A DNA stretch of 32,281 nt, from contig DATHKF010000684.1 in assembly GCA_035489505.1 (NCBI GenBank), positions 1-32,281 on the forward strand. Direction: 5' to 3'. The stretch's first letter is position 1. Every line of letters begins with the position of its first letter. This stretch comes from Bacteroidia bacterium (GTDB lineage Bacteria > Bacteroidota > Bacteroidia > Palsa-965). A program made the translations under genes and the position numbers. Shown here piece after piece: positions 6,640-15,271 of the stretch. The notes under the pieces were generated by a model that ran no database searches, was not told the DNA's origin, and worked only from the letters and a program-made list of their open reading frames with translations.

Positions 6640-9600
6640 CCATCGGAATCTTCAACGCATCCATCTCTTTCTTCCACTGCGTAGTGAGCGCGGTTTGTCC
6701 GTACAGATCAGCGAGGCTGTAGAGCAATTGAATCTGCCCGATCTTATTGCCCTGGTCGCCGGAAGGACGCGGAAGTGTGTCGTACCATTTCACACATTGT
6801 ATAAAATGCGTGAATGCTTCGTTCGCAATTTTGTTGGCGAGTACATTATCGCCGCTCATCCATGCCGCATCGGTGAGACTGATCCAATAATCGTCGGGCA
6901 GAATTTGCGAAGCAGGAATACGTTCCGTGCAGATGCGTACAAGATCAGCCGCTTCATCGTTCATTCCTGCTTCTGCGAGTGCATGTGCAGTAACTGCGCA
7001 TGAATACCTGTACGGATCGCTGAACATGCGTTGCGTGGTTTCATCGGCATACACATCCGGATTTTCAAGTCCGCCCCAGCTGAATTTCTCTGTGAAAAGC
7101 CGGTAGCATTTTTCAAGATTCACCAAAGGACGCTCGGTGAGATCAGGATCTTCGCGGTGATTGAACGTTGGTACAAAACGGTACGTTAATCCTTCGAGCT
7201 GCAGGTAATTTCCAAGACCACCGTAGCAGCTCATAGGCATATTCACAGCGAAATGAATCGGACGTTTCCATTCGTTGTGTGCAAGAATATCCAGGATGAT
7301 GATCTGATCTTTCAAAAGATAACTTCCCGGAATCGTCCAGACTACTTCACCCGAATCATTGTCCGCCGCAATTTTCACGAAGCGTGTGGGAATATAATTC
7401 ACCGTATCGCCCGACATGGTTTCATACTTGTACTGAAAATCTTCCTGCGTAAAAAATGTAACCACATTTTCCAGGAGCATGGTGTCCTTACCGGCATCAA
7501 TGCTCAGCCAGTCGCGGGTTCCTTCGCGGTATTGCCACGGATCGAGGGAAATAGGCATAGGCTCGGATGTGTATTGTTTTTTCTTGGCCTGGTCGATGTA
7601 CCAATCGCTGCGGAACAGGGAAAGACAAACAATACGCACATCGCGACGAATGCCTAAAACTTCCTGGGCGTACCACAAAGGGAAAGTATCATTGTCGGCG
7701 TACGTAAACAGGATTGCATTTTTCTCGCACGATTCCAGCATACTTACGGCCAGGTCGCGCGCTACGGTACGGTGTGAGCGATTGTGATCGTCCCAGTTCT
7801 GCACGAGCACAATAGTGGGAACAATTCCGCTTACGGCAACTGCAGCAACGAGCGTGAGTGTTCTGCCCACGCTTTTTTTCAGATCATAAAGAACCATCAC
7901 ACCGAGCCCGATCCAGATGGCGAATGCGTAGAACGAACCCACATAGGCATAATCACGCTCACGTGGTTGCCACGGCGTTTGATTGAGATAAACAACAACA
8001 CAGAGACCCGTGAATAAAAACAAGAGCGTTGTAACCAGCGCATCGCGCTTTGCCCACATGAAGTGATAAATGATCCCGATGATTCCCAGTATGAGCGGAA
8101 GAAACCAATACCCGTTGCGCGCTTTGTTGTTTTTTAAAAGTGTGGGTTCAATATCGTGATCACCGATACGGAAATCATCGAGGAATGAAATGCCCGATCG
8201 CCAGTTACCTTCTGCATCACCGCCATAGCCGGCGAAATCGTTTTGTCGTCCAACAAAATTCCACATGAAGTAACGGAGATACATCCAGCCTACCTGGTAC
8301 GTAGTGAAGAACCGCATGTTTTCGCTGAACGTTGGAATATTGACAACGGCGCTCTTCCCATCTTCATTCGCGAAATCAACTTCGTTGCCTTTGATCTCTA
8401 CCCAGTTGGTGTACGCACTTTTGTGGCCGGAGCTGTACATGCGCGGGAAAAATACGCAACCGCGGCTGTCGTAATTCAGAACGGTTCCTTTGCGTGAATC
8501 ACTCACGATGTAGCGACCCGATTTTTCATCTTTCACGTAAACCGGGTTTCCATCGGCCCACGGTTCTTTTGCATCCTGCGGCGAATTGAACTGCGGCCCG
8601 TACAGCAAAGGCCAGTCGCCATACTGTTCGCGATTGAGGTACGACAACAAACTCACCGGATCGGAAGGATTGTTTTCATTGATCGGAGTTCCTGCATTGG
8701 CGCGAATCACGATCACGAGAAAACTGGAATAGCCAAGCAGCAATACCGTGAAAGCGAGAACAGATGTATTGAGCCAGCGGATTTTATTTTTGATGGACCA
8801 CCACAATCCGAACACAATCAGTGCGGCCAGCAAAACAAAAAAGGCGATGATCCCGGAATTGAACCGCATGCCCATTTCGTTCACAAAAAATAATTCACTC
8901 TTCCCGGCAAGTTTTACAATTCCCGGAATGAGTATGTCTTGTATGCCACCAAGCAGCACGAGTGCAGTAACAAATGTGATGAGGAATCCGCGCCACGTGA
9001 TGCGTTGTGTTTTCCGGAAGTACCAGATGAAAACGAGTGCGGGAATTGCAAGAAGGTTCAACAGATGCACTCCGATGGACATTCCGATGAGTGCCGCAAT
9101 CAATACAATCCAGCGGTCGCTGCGCGGATCGTCGGCCTGGTCTTCCCAGCGCAACATCGCCCAGAAAACAATGGCGGTGAAAAGTGATGACAACGCGTAC
9201 ACTTCGCCTTCCACTGCCGAAAACCAAAACGAATCGGTGAATGCATACGTGAGCGATCCGCACATGCCGGCAAGCATCACGAGTACCAGTCGTCCCTGCG
9301 AGAAAGGTTGCTGGTAACGGAGAATAATTTTCTTCGCGAGATGCGTGATGGTCCAGAACAAAAACATGACGGTTGCAGCGCTCGCCAGTCCCGACATGCA
9401 ATTCACCAGCCAGGCTACGTTTTCATTATTTCCGAATGACAGTAATCCAAAAGCGCGACCGAGAATCATGAAGAACGGCGCTCCCGGAGGGTGACCGCTT
9501 TCGAGTCCCCAGGCGCAGGCAATGTATTCGCCGCAATCCCAGAAACTGGCTGTTGGTTCGAGTGTGAGCAGGTAAACAATTGCCGCGATGGCAAAGACGA

Positions 9601-9649
9601 TCCAACCGGTAATAATGTTGAGAAGACGGTATTGTGGAGGAAGGTTCAT
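6635..9649 (-). CDS. DUF2723-family polytopic membrane protein (glycosyltransferase-like, ~1000 aa)
   Basis: LTLEPTASFWDCGEYIACAWGLESGHPPGAPFFMILGR is the hallmark N-terminus of Bacteroidota DUF2723 proteins. The protein has many TM helices and a large C-terminal soluble region. I prefer the ATG at 9649; a TTG at 9658 is the alternative but overlaps the -7 box. Confidence 0.85.
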   Translation of the reverse strand: MNLPPQYRLLNIITGWIVFAIAAIVYLLTLEPTASFWDCGEYIACAWGLESGHPPGAPFFMILGRAFGLLSFGNNENVAWLVNCMSGLASAATVMFLFWTITHLAKKIILRYQQPFSQGRLVLVMLAGMCGSLTYAFTDSFWFSAVEGEVYALSSLFTAIVFWAMLRWEDQADDPRSDRWIVLIAALIGMSIGVHLLNLLAIPALVFIWYFRKTQRITWRGFLITFVTALVLLGGIQDILIPGIVKLAGKSELFFVNEMGMRFNSGIIAFFVLLAALIVFGLWWSIKNKIRWLNTSVLAFTVLLLGYSSFLVIVIRANAGTPINENNPSDPVSLLSYLNREQYGDWPLLYGPQFNSPQDAKEPWADGNPVYVKDEKSGRYIVSDSRKGTVLNYDSRGCVFFPRMYSSGHKSAYTNWVEIKGNEVDFANEDGKSAVVNIPTFSENMRFFTTYQVGWMYLRYFMWNFVGRQNDFAGYGGDAEGNWRSGISFLDDFRIGDHDIEPTLLKNNKARNGYWFLPLILGIIGIIYHFMWAKRDALVTTLLFLFTGLCVVVYLNQTPWQPRERDYAYVGSFYAFAIWIGLGVMVLYDLKKSVGRTLTLVAAVAVSGIVPTIVLVQNWDDHNRSHRTVARDLAVSMLESCEKNAILFTYADNDTFPLWYAQEVLGIRRDVRIVCLSLFRSDWYIDQAKKKQYTSEPMPISLDPWQYREGTRDWLSIDAGKDTMLLENVVTFFTQEDFQYKYETMSGDTVNYIPTRFVKIAADNDSGEVVWTIPGSYLLKDQIIILDILAHNEWKRPIHFAVNMPMSCYGGLGNYLQLEGLTYRFVPTFNHREDPDLTERPLVNLEKCYRLFTEKFSWGGLENPDVYADETTQRMFSDPYRYSCAVTAHALAEAGMNDEAADLVRICTERIPASQILPDDYWISLTDAAWMSGDNVLANKIANEAFTHFIQCVKWYDTLPRPSGDQGNKIGQIQLLYSLADLYGQTALTTQWKKEMDALKIPME

Positions 9650-9655
9650 GAGGGG

Positions 9656-9663
9656 CAAAGATA
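9656..9663 (-). promoter_or_regulatory. Bacteroidota -7 promoter box TATCTTTG
   Basis: Exact TAnnTTTG on the minus strand, 6 nt upstream of the ATG at 9649. This implies a leaderless or near-leaderless mRNA. Confidence 0.45.
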
Positions 9664-9698
9664 TTCTTTACCTGTGACTTTAAGCACCGATGCAGGGG

Positions 9699-9901
9699 GG
9701 CAGTGTCTCACTTTGCTTTTTGACACGGTCCGATAGCAATCGGGAGCGCATTTTTACGGCATTTCTTATTCTAAGCCCAGGCGCTCACGGTGAGATAACG
9801 GTAACGCGCCGTGAGCGCCCGGGCTTAGAACGGGTTTCGTGCTTCTTTTAGCGCCGTGTCACCGTGTCAAAATTATCAAATGTTCAAACTGAGACACTAC
9901 C
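9699..9901. mobile_element. MITE-like nested palindromic element, family A copy 2
   Basis: The ends are GGCAGTGTCTCAC... and ...CAAACTGAGACACTACC. The interior is the same as copy 1 at ~95% identity, but the short and long end types are swapped. The left inner arm is interrupted by the mini-hairpin CCGAT-AGCA-ATCGG (9730-9743). Confidence 0.6.
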
Positions 9902-9940
9902 GGGGAGGGAATACACTCTTTTCGGGAGCCGGCTTTTATT

Positions 9941-9948
9941 TACCTTTG
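9941..9948 (+). promoter_or_regulatory. Bacteroidota -7 promoter box TACCTTTG
   Basis: Exact TAnnTTTG, 6 nt upstream of the pheT ATG at 9955. Confidence 0.45.
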
Positions 9949-9954
9949 TCCTCT

Positions 9955-12426
9955 ATGAAAATATCGCTGAATTGGCTGAAGGAATACTATCAAACCGGAT
10001 TGTCTGCGGAGGAAATTGCTGCGGCATTAACCGGGTCGGGACTTGAAGTAGAAAGCATCGAATCGTTTGAAAGTCTTCCGGGCGGATTGCGTGGCGTGGT
10101 AATTGGTGAGGTGAAGGAAAAAGAGAAACATCCGAACGCCGATAAATTATCGCTCACCAAAGTGGATGTGGGTGGCGACCAATTGCTGAGTATTGTGTGT
10201 GGCGCGCCGAATGTGGAAGCAGGACAGAAAGTTGTTGTTGCTACGGTTGGTGCCATGCTGTACCCAACCGAGGGTGAAGCGTTCGAAATAAAAAAATCAA
10301 AAATCCGGGGCGAACTTTCCGAAGGAATGATCTGCGCGGAAGATGAAATAGGTTTGGGAAAATCGCACGCCGGCATTATGGTTCTTGATGCCGATGTGAA
10401 GGTGGGAACGCCCGCTGCAGAATATTTCAATGTTTCTTCAGACACCGTTCTGGAAATTGGTCTTACACCGAACCGCGCCGATGCGGCTTCGCATTTTGGT
10501 GTAGCGCGTGACCTTGCCGCTGTTGTTTTGGCGCAGGCACTGATCAACGACATTCACGCAGAATCACCCGGGCCATCTTTCCCCGCGGTATCTGCATTGA
10601 CGGAAGAACTTCCGGCCTGTGACATCACCGTGGAAATCGAAGATGCGAATGCCTGCAAACGTTACTCCGGGTTAATCCTGAACAACGTGCAGGTTGGCCC
10701 TTCGCCGTCGTGGCTGCAGGATCGCTTGAAAGCCATTGGACTTCGCCCGATCAACAACATCGTGGACATCACCAATTACGTGATGCACGAAACAGGTCAG
10801 CCTTTGCATGCATTCGACGCAGCAAAAATTGAGGGCGGAAAAATAATCGTGAAGAAAGTGGTTGAAGGAACAAAGTTCACCACGCTCGACGGAACGGAAC
10901 GCACGCTTACTGCAAACGACCTCCTGATTTGTGATGCAACAAAACCGATGTGCATTGCCGGTGTGTTCGGCGGACTCGATTCCGGTGTAACAGAAAACAC
11001 CAAACGTGTATTTCTCGAGAGTGCGGCGTTTGACGCTGTGCACGTGCGTAAGACCGGGAAACATCACCAGTTGAAAACCGATTCATCGTTTCGCTTTGAA
11101 CGCGGATCAGACCCGGAAATAACTGTGCAGGCTTTGTTGCGTGCAACATTTCTTGTGGAGGAGACAGGGGCCGGTGAAATTGCATCACAGGTCACAGATA
11201 TTTATCCTGGCAAAACAGAACAAATCGAAATTGCTTTTTCATTCGATTACTGCGACCAGCTCGTTGGAAAAACAATTGACCGGCAGATCATCCGTAAAAT
11301 CCTGACGGCGCTGGGCATCCAGATTATTTCCGATGGAAAAGATGCGTTGCTGCTTTCGGTTCCGCATTACAAAGTAGATGTAACACGCCCGGCCGATGTG
11401 GTGGAAGAAATTCTCCGCGTGTACGGATACAACAATATCGGTTTCCCGGAGAAGCTGCAGATCTCTGCATCGCCAATGAAACATCCGGATCCGGAAAATG
11501 TCCGCGAAACGGTGGCGAATACACTTGCAGCACGCGGCTTCCGTGAGTTGCTGAATAATTCGCTGACAAAAACTTCGTACTACGAACAGCTGCAAGGCTA
11601 TGAAGCAGAATACGCAGTGAAATTGATCAACCCGTTGAGCTCCGATCTCGGTATGATGCGCATGAGTTTACTTTTCGGCGCGTTGGAATCTGTAACGTAT
11701 AACCAGAACCGAAAAAATCCGGATCAGCGTGTGTTTGAATTCGGGAAAGTGTACGGGACAAAAGCGGAAGCGGATAAGGAAGGCTGGATGTGGGACGAGC
11801 AGGAGCAATTGATTTTGCTGATGACCGGCCGCAAAAGTCCGGAGAGCTGGTCGGCCGATTCAACACCGATTTCCTTTGGCGATTTGCGCCGTGAAACAGA
11901 AACGATCCTTCAGCGCCTGCGTTTGCAGGGAGTCAAATGGCAGCCGCTTGAAAATGCATTGTACACCGAAGGACTTGCCGGATTTGTGGGCAAGCATGAA
12001 GTGGCGCGCATGGGAATGGTTGCCGGGAAAGTCCTGAAGCAGACCGATACGCAATCGGCTGTTTATGCGGCAGAGTTTGAATGGAGTACTATTCTTCGCG
12101 TGCTGAATAAAATGAAAGACACACGCTTTGAAGAAGTTTCCAAATTCCCTGCAGTACGTCGCGATCTTGCGCTGGTCATCGACAAAGTCGTGAAGTACCA
12201 GCAGCTCGAAGAAATTGCCTGGAACACCGAACGGAAATTGTTGCGCGGCATCAACCTGTTCGACGTGTACGAAGGTGACAAGCTGGGCTCCGGAAAAAAA
12301 TCATACGCGTTGAGTTTCACCTTGCAGGATAACGATGCCACGCTGACCGATAAGCAGATTGATAAGACGATGGAAAGGTTGCAGAAGGCGTTTGAAGAAC
12401 AGGTGGGCGCCAGCATCAGGAGTTAA
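9955..12426 (+). CDS. pheT: Phenylalanine--tRNA ligase beta subunit
   Basis: The canonical N-terminus MKISLNWLKEY begins at 9955, followed by a tRNA-binding OB domain, B3/4 and B5 domains and a C-terminal FDX-ACB domain (ALSFTLQDNDATLTDKQID). The ORF-track start at 9856 would read through repeat A2, so I rejected it. Confidence 0.97.
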   Translation: MKISLNWLKEYYQTGLSAEEIAAALTGSGLEVESIESFESLPGGLRGVVIGEVKEKEKHPNADKLSLTKVDVGGDQLLSIVCGAPNVEAGQKVVVATVGAMLYPTEGEAFEIKKSKIRGELSEGMICAEDEIGLGKSHAGIMVLDADVKVGTPAAEYFNVSSDTVLEIGLTPNRADAASHFGVARDLAAVVLAQALINDIHAESPGPSFPAVSALTEELPACDITVEIEDANACKRYSGLILNNVQVGPSPSWLQDRLKAIGLRPINNIVDITNYVMHETGQPLHAFDAAKIEGGKIIVKKVVEGTKFTTLDGTERTLTANDLLICDATKPMCIAGVFGGLDSGVTENTKRVFLESAAFDAVHVRKTGKHHQLKTDSSFRFERGSDPEITVQALLRATFLVEETGAGEIASQVTDIYPGKTEQIEIAFSFDYCDQLVGKTIDRQIIRKILTALGIQIISDGKDALLLSVPHYKVDVTRPADVVEEILRVYGYNNIGFPEKLQISASPMKHPDPENVRETVANTLAARGFRELLNNSLTKTSYYEQLQGYEAEYAVKLINPLSSDLGMMRMSLLFGALESVTYNQNRKNPDQRVFEFGKVYGTKAEADKEGWMWDEQEQLILLMTGRKSPESWSADSTPISFGDLRRETETILQRLRLQGVKWQPLENALYTEGLAGFVGKHEVARMGMVAGKVLKQTDTQSAVYAAEFEWSTILRVLNKMKDTRFEEVSKFPAVRRDLALVIDKVVKYQQLEEIAWNTERKLLRGINLFDVYEGDKLGSGKKSYALSFTLQDNDATLTDKQIDKTMERLQKAFEEQVGASIRS

Positions 12427-12556
12427 TTCACCGCAGAGGCGCAGAGTCCATTGTTGGAAGTGAGCAAAGGTCGCGGAGGTTTTGAGATAGTGTAAAATAA
12501 AAAATGGCAGCGAATTTTCGCTGCCATTTTTTATTTCTCTGCGTCTCCGCGGTGAA
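12427..12556. repeat. Palindromic element, family C copy 2, filling the whole convergent gap
   Basis: TTCACCGCAGAGGCGCAGAG (12427-12446) pairs with CTCTGCGTCTCCGCGGTGAA (12537-12556) with 2 mismatches. It starts 1 nt after the pheT TAA and ends 1 nt before the stop of the TPR gene. Confidence 0.8.
12499..12532. terminator. Bidirectional intrinsic terminator
   Basis: AAAAAA-TGGCAGCGAA-tt-TTCGCTGCCA-TTTTTT: a perfect 10-bp stem flanked by A and T runs, between convergent genes. Confidence 0.85.
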
Positions 12557-12557
12557 A

Positions 12558-13769
12558 TTATTTTATTAGCTGCGTTTCGATATACGTCTTAATCCGCGCC
12601 CGGTTTCCTTCCGCATCGCGGAATGCTTTGTACTGGTTCCAGAACGAAATGTGGAACATGCTTACCATTGCGAAGCAATCAAGGTAACCTTGTTCCTGCA
12701 TCTTGCGTGCAAAACCGATTTCTTTGTCTTCGGTGTCTGATTTCTTCAGCATGTATTCCCAGCTGTACACTTCCAGGTATTTCTGTTCGGTAACGGTTTG
12801 CGATTTGGTAACTACACCGTCATCATCGCAATAATCATACAGTTTGTCTTTTGCGTTGCGGTAGAAATTCCATGGCTCCTCGTCTGGTGTTGACTGGGAA
12901 GTTACGCTCATCATGTTCGGGAAATAATCGCGCGACATCCAGTGACGTTTAAACGTTTTGTCTTTCTTATCGCAGGCTTCTTCGAGTGAAGTGAAATATC
13001 CCACGTGAGGATACTGGATAATTGCTTCAATACACGCACTGTATACCTCGTCCCACTTCTTGTCTGATTTGAGACATTCGATCATGTAGTAACGCGGGGT
13101 GAGCATTTCCGGCTGCAGGGCGCTTGCTTTTGCAAACCAGGTAACGGCTTTGTCCCATTTCTCGTCTTTGTAGTAGCAGAAGCCAATGTCCAAAGTTGCC
13201 GAATAGTAATTCGGTTCTTCGTCGATTGCTTTCTGGTACTGGCGGATTGCCGCAGTGTAATTCTGCTTGGAATATTCTTCATCACCTTTCGAGCGGAGTT
13301 CTTTCGCATCATCGCTGATGGTTGTATCCACTGTAGGCTCAATGATCATATCGTGCAGGATCGACGACGCCAGGATCTGGTTATTGGCATAGTTGGTAGC
13401 CATGTAGCACGCAACGAGCAATTCGCCGCGGTACTGTGTTGATTTGAGTTTGTCAAAATCAACGTTCACAGTTCCGCTCTTTCCGGCTTTCTTAATGAGT
13501 CCGGCAATGTCTTTCGAAAACTGAACATTGTACCGTGTGTTCTCATAAATGATGCGGAGGGTCCACAATTCTTCATCGTAAATGTGTGCCATCTGCACTT
13601 TGGTAATGGTGCTGATGGCTTTGTCGTACTTTCCTTTATTGTAAAGGACTTTCGACTTCTCTACAGATTTTGTTTCGGCTGCAGTGTAATTCTGGGCGAA
13701 TGCAGGAGCAGCAATCAGAAAGGCGATCAGGGCAGTGAACAGGCCTTTCACTAGCGTGTTTTTTGACAT
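12558..13769 (-). CDS. Secreted tetratricopeptide-repeat protein
   Basis: The ATG at 13769 gives the signal peptide MSKNTLVKGLFTALIAFLIAAPAFAQ. TPR-like pairs are present (YNKGKYDKAISTI; YSKQNYTAAIRQYQKAIDEEPNYYSATLDIGFCYYKDEKWDKAVTWFAKASALQPE). Confidence 0.75.
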   Translation of the reverse strand: MSKNTLVKGLFTALIAFLIAAPAFAQNYTAAETKSVEKSKVLYNKGKYDKAISTITKVQMAHIYDEELWTLRIIYENTRYNVQFSKDIAGLIKKAGKSGTVNVDFDKLKSTQYRGELLVACYMATNYANNQILASSILHDMIIEPTVDTTISDDAKELRSKGDEEYSKQNYTAAIRQYQKAIDEEPNYYSATLDIGFCYYKDEKWDKAVTWFAKASALQPEMLTPRYYMIECLKSDKKWDEVYSACIEAIIQYPHVGYFTSLEEACDKKDKTFKRHWMSRDYFPNMMSVTSQSTPDEEPWNFYRNAKDKLYDYCDDDGVVTKSQTVTEQKYLEVYSWEYMLKKSDTEDKEIGFARKMQEQGYLDCFAMVSMFHISFWNQYKAFRDAEGNRARIKTYIETQLIK

Positions 13770-13786
13770 AGGTGTTATTTGCTTGT

Positions 13787-14212
13787 TTATTGACGGGTCA
13801 GCGTTGCAGTACATGTATCAATTGAACTTCCGTCGTTAACGGTGTAGCTCATATTGATACTGTTGTTTCCGTTCATACTTCCGCTTCCCTGCAACTGGCT
13901 GGCGTTGTACGTTTGATTGGCCAACGTCAGATTAGATCCCGAAACAGTAGCTACTGCTTTGAAGCCGAAACCAACATTGTAAAAATTTTCCATCAGAACC
14001 TGCGTCGTGCTTGTGGTCGACAGGTTAATGTGTACGTCGTATGGAGTTTGTCCGATCTGTGAACTCTGCTCTACGCAGTGCCACACATCAACAAACTTGT
14101 CGCGGTCATCGGTCGGCTCTGCTTCGTCGGGCTGACAGGAAACTGCAAAAAAAGCAACCGGCACGAGGGCCAGAATGAGCTTTTTGAATGGGATTGATTT
14201 CAACATTTTCAT
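13787..14212 (-). CDS. Small lipoprotein of unknown function
   Basis: MKMLKSIPFKKLILALVPVAFFAVSC lipoprotein signal. The gene ends 17 nt upstream of the TPR gene, so the two are likely co-transcribed. Confidence 0.65.
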   Translation of the reverse strand: MKMLKSIPFKKLILALVPVAFFAVSCQPDEAEPTDDRDKFVDVWHCVEQSSQIGQTPYDVHINLSTTSTTQVLMENFYNVGFGFKAVATVSGSNLTLANQTYNASQLQGSGSMNGNNSINMSYTVNDGSSIDTCTATLTRQ

Positions 14213-14315
14213 AGCAAATATGGCATTTTTAGAGGTATATGGCAAATGGAATGCCACAAACTATCCCAAAACGGATGCTTGAAATCTGGCTGGAACGACC
14301 CTATAAGTGGTTAAA

Positions 14316-14717
14316 TCAGTGCTGTGGGGAAATTTTCTGCTCCAGTTCATGCCGCAAACTGCGGTCATATTTCACAAAAATATTGAGCCAGATGTTGCGT
14401 GCCAGCCTGAAGAACAGGGGGAATGCGAGGATATACACGGTAAGCACAAACCCGAGGAGCACGACAAAACTCACGTCAAAAAGCAGGTAGAGGAGATAAC
14501 CGGGAATAAACATGGCACCCACCGATAGGGCATAACTCACGTACATGGCGCCGTAGTAAAATCCGGTTTCAGGTTCGTAAGCCTGGCCGCATTTTTCGCA
14601 TTTCGTTTTCATTTGTCCGAGTTTGGACAGGTGATACGGGTTGTTGTCGACGTACAGGTTATCGAGATTGCAGCGGGGACATTTGGAGTTGATGACACTG
14701 TTGAGGAAGCCTTCCAT
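14316..14717 (-). CDS. DUF983-family membrane protein
   Basis: N-terminal CPRC...CEKC zinc-ribbon-like pair followed by two TM helices (YGAMYVSYALSVGAMFIPGYLLYLLF...), which is the DUF983 layout. Confidence 0.7.
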   Translation of the reverse strand: MEGFLNSVINSKCPRCNLDNLYVDNNPYHLSKLGQMKTKCEKCGQAYEPETGFYYGAMYVSYALSVGAMFIPGYLLYLLFDVSFVVLLGFVLTVYILAFPLFFRLARNIWLNIFVKYDRSLRHELEQKISPQH

Positions 14718-14853
14718 AGGTCATGTATTTGGTTGTATAAAATTACAAAGGAAGGCAGGAAAAAAGAATGATTTTCGTCAGGTAAACGGGATTAATCGGT
14801 GAATGAACGGCTGTCGCTAATGGCTCACCGGAAATCAAATTCCAGACCTGTCA

Positions 14854-15213
14854 TTACTTGTATGCCTGGATTAAAACTTCGGTTGGAATTTTCAAACTAT
14901 CGTGTAGCAATCGAATCATTTCCAAAGTCAACTTTCGCTTACGGCTCAGTATTTCACTTGCACGACTTTTCAGGCCGACAATATTTGCCAGGTCACTTTG
15001 AGTATATCCCATTTGTTCCATGCGGAATTTTATAGCCTCGATGGGATCCGGAAATCCTATTGGAAAGTGCTCATCTTCGTATTTCTCAATCAGGATTGCA
15101 AGGATTTCGAGTTCATCGCCCTCACGCGAACCTTTTTTTGCATCAAAAATGACTTCCAGCCGTGCAAGTGCATTTTGATAATCCTTTTTGTTTTTAATGG
15201 GTTTTATTGTCAT
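14854..15213 (-). CDS. higA: HigA-family (YgjM-like) type II antitoxin / HTH regulator, apparently orphan
   Basis: IKNKKDYQNALARLEVIFDAKKGSREGDELEILAILIEKYEDEH...PDPIEAIKFRMEQMGYTQSDLANIVGLKSRASEILSRKRKLTLEMIRLLHDSLKIP matches the HigA/COG5499 pattern. Confidence 0.85.
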   Translation of the reverse strand: MTIKPIKNKKDYQNALARLEVIFDAKKGSREGDELEILAILIEKYEDEHFPIGFPDPIEAIKFRMEQMGYTQSDLANIVGLKSRASEILSRKRKLTLEMIRLLHDSLKIPTEVLIQAYK

Positions 15214-15218
15214 GGTTT

Positions 15219-15263
15219 CTAAATATTATTTGCGGCCACTTTGTCGTACTCGGCGAAGTTATT
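15219..15263 (-). pseudogene. higB: Relic of the 3' end of a HigB (YgjN-type) toxin gene
   Basis: The minus-strand frame reads NNFAEYDKVAANNI*, with a TAG at 15219-15221 that lies 5 nt before the higA ATG. HigB toxins of this family end in ...TH(A/K)EYDK.... The frame is closed by a TGA at 15264-15266, so only 14 codons remain. Confidence 0.5.
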
Positions 15264-15271
15264 TCAAATGG

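Noticed and set aside
6292-7003. ORFs 6292-6618 and 6551-7003
   Set aside because: The first lies entirely in hairpin and repeat DNA. The second is antisense to the DUF2723 3' end and begins inside repeat B1. Neither has motifs.
9856-9954. Upstream GTG start for pheT (ORF track 9856)
   Set aside because: It would translate the right arm of repeat A2 and the -7 box. The canonical PheT N-terminus MKISLNWLKEY starts at 9955.
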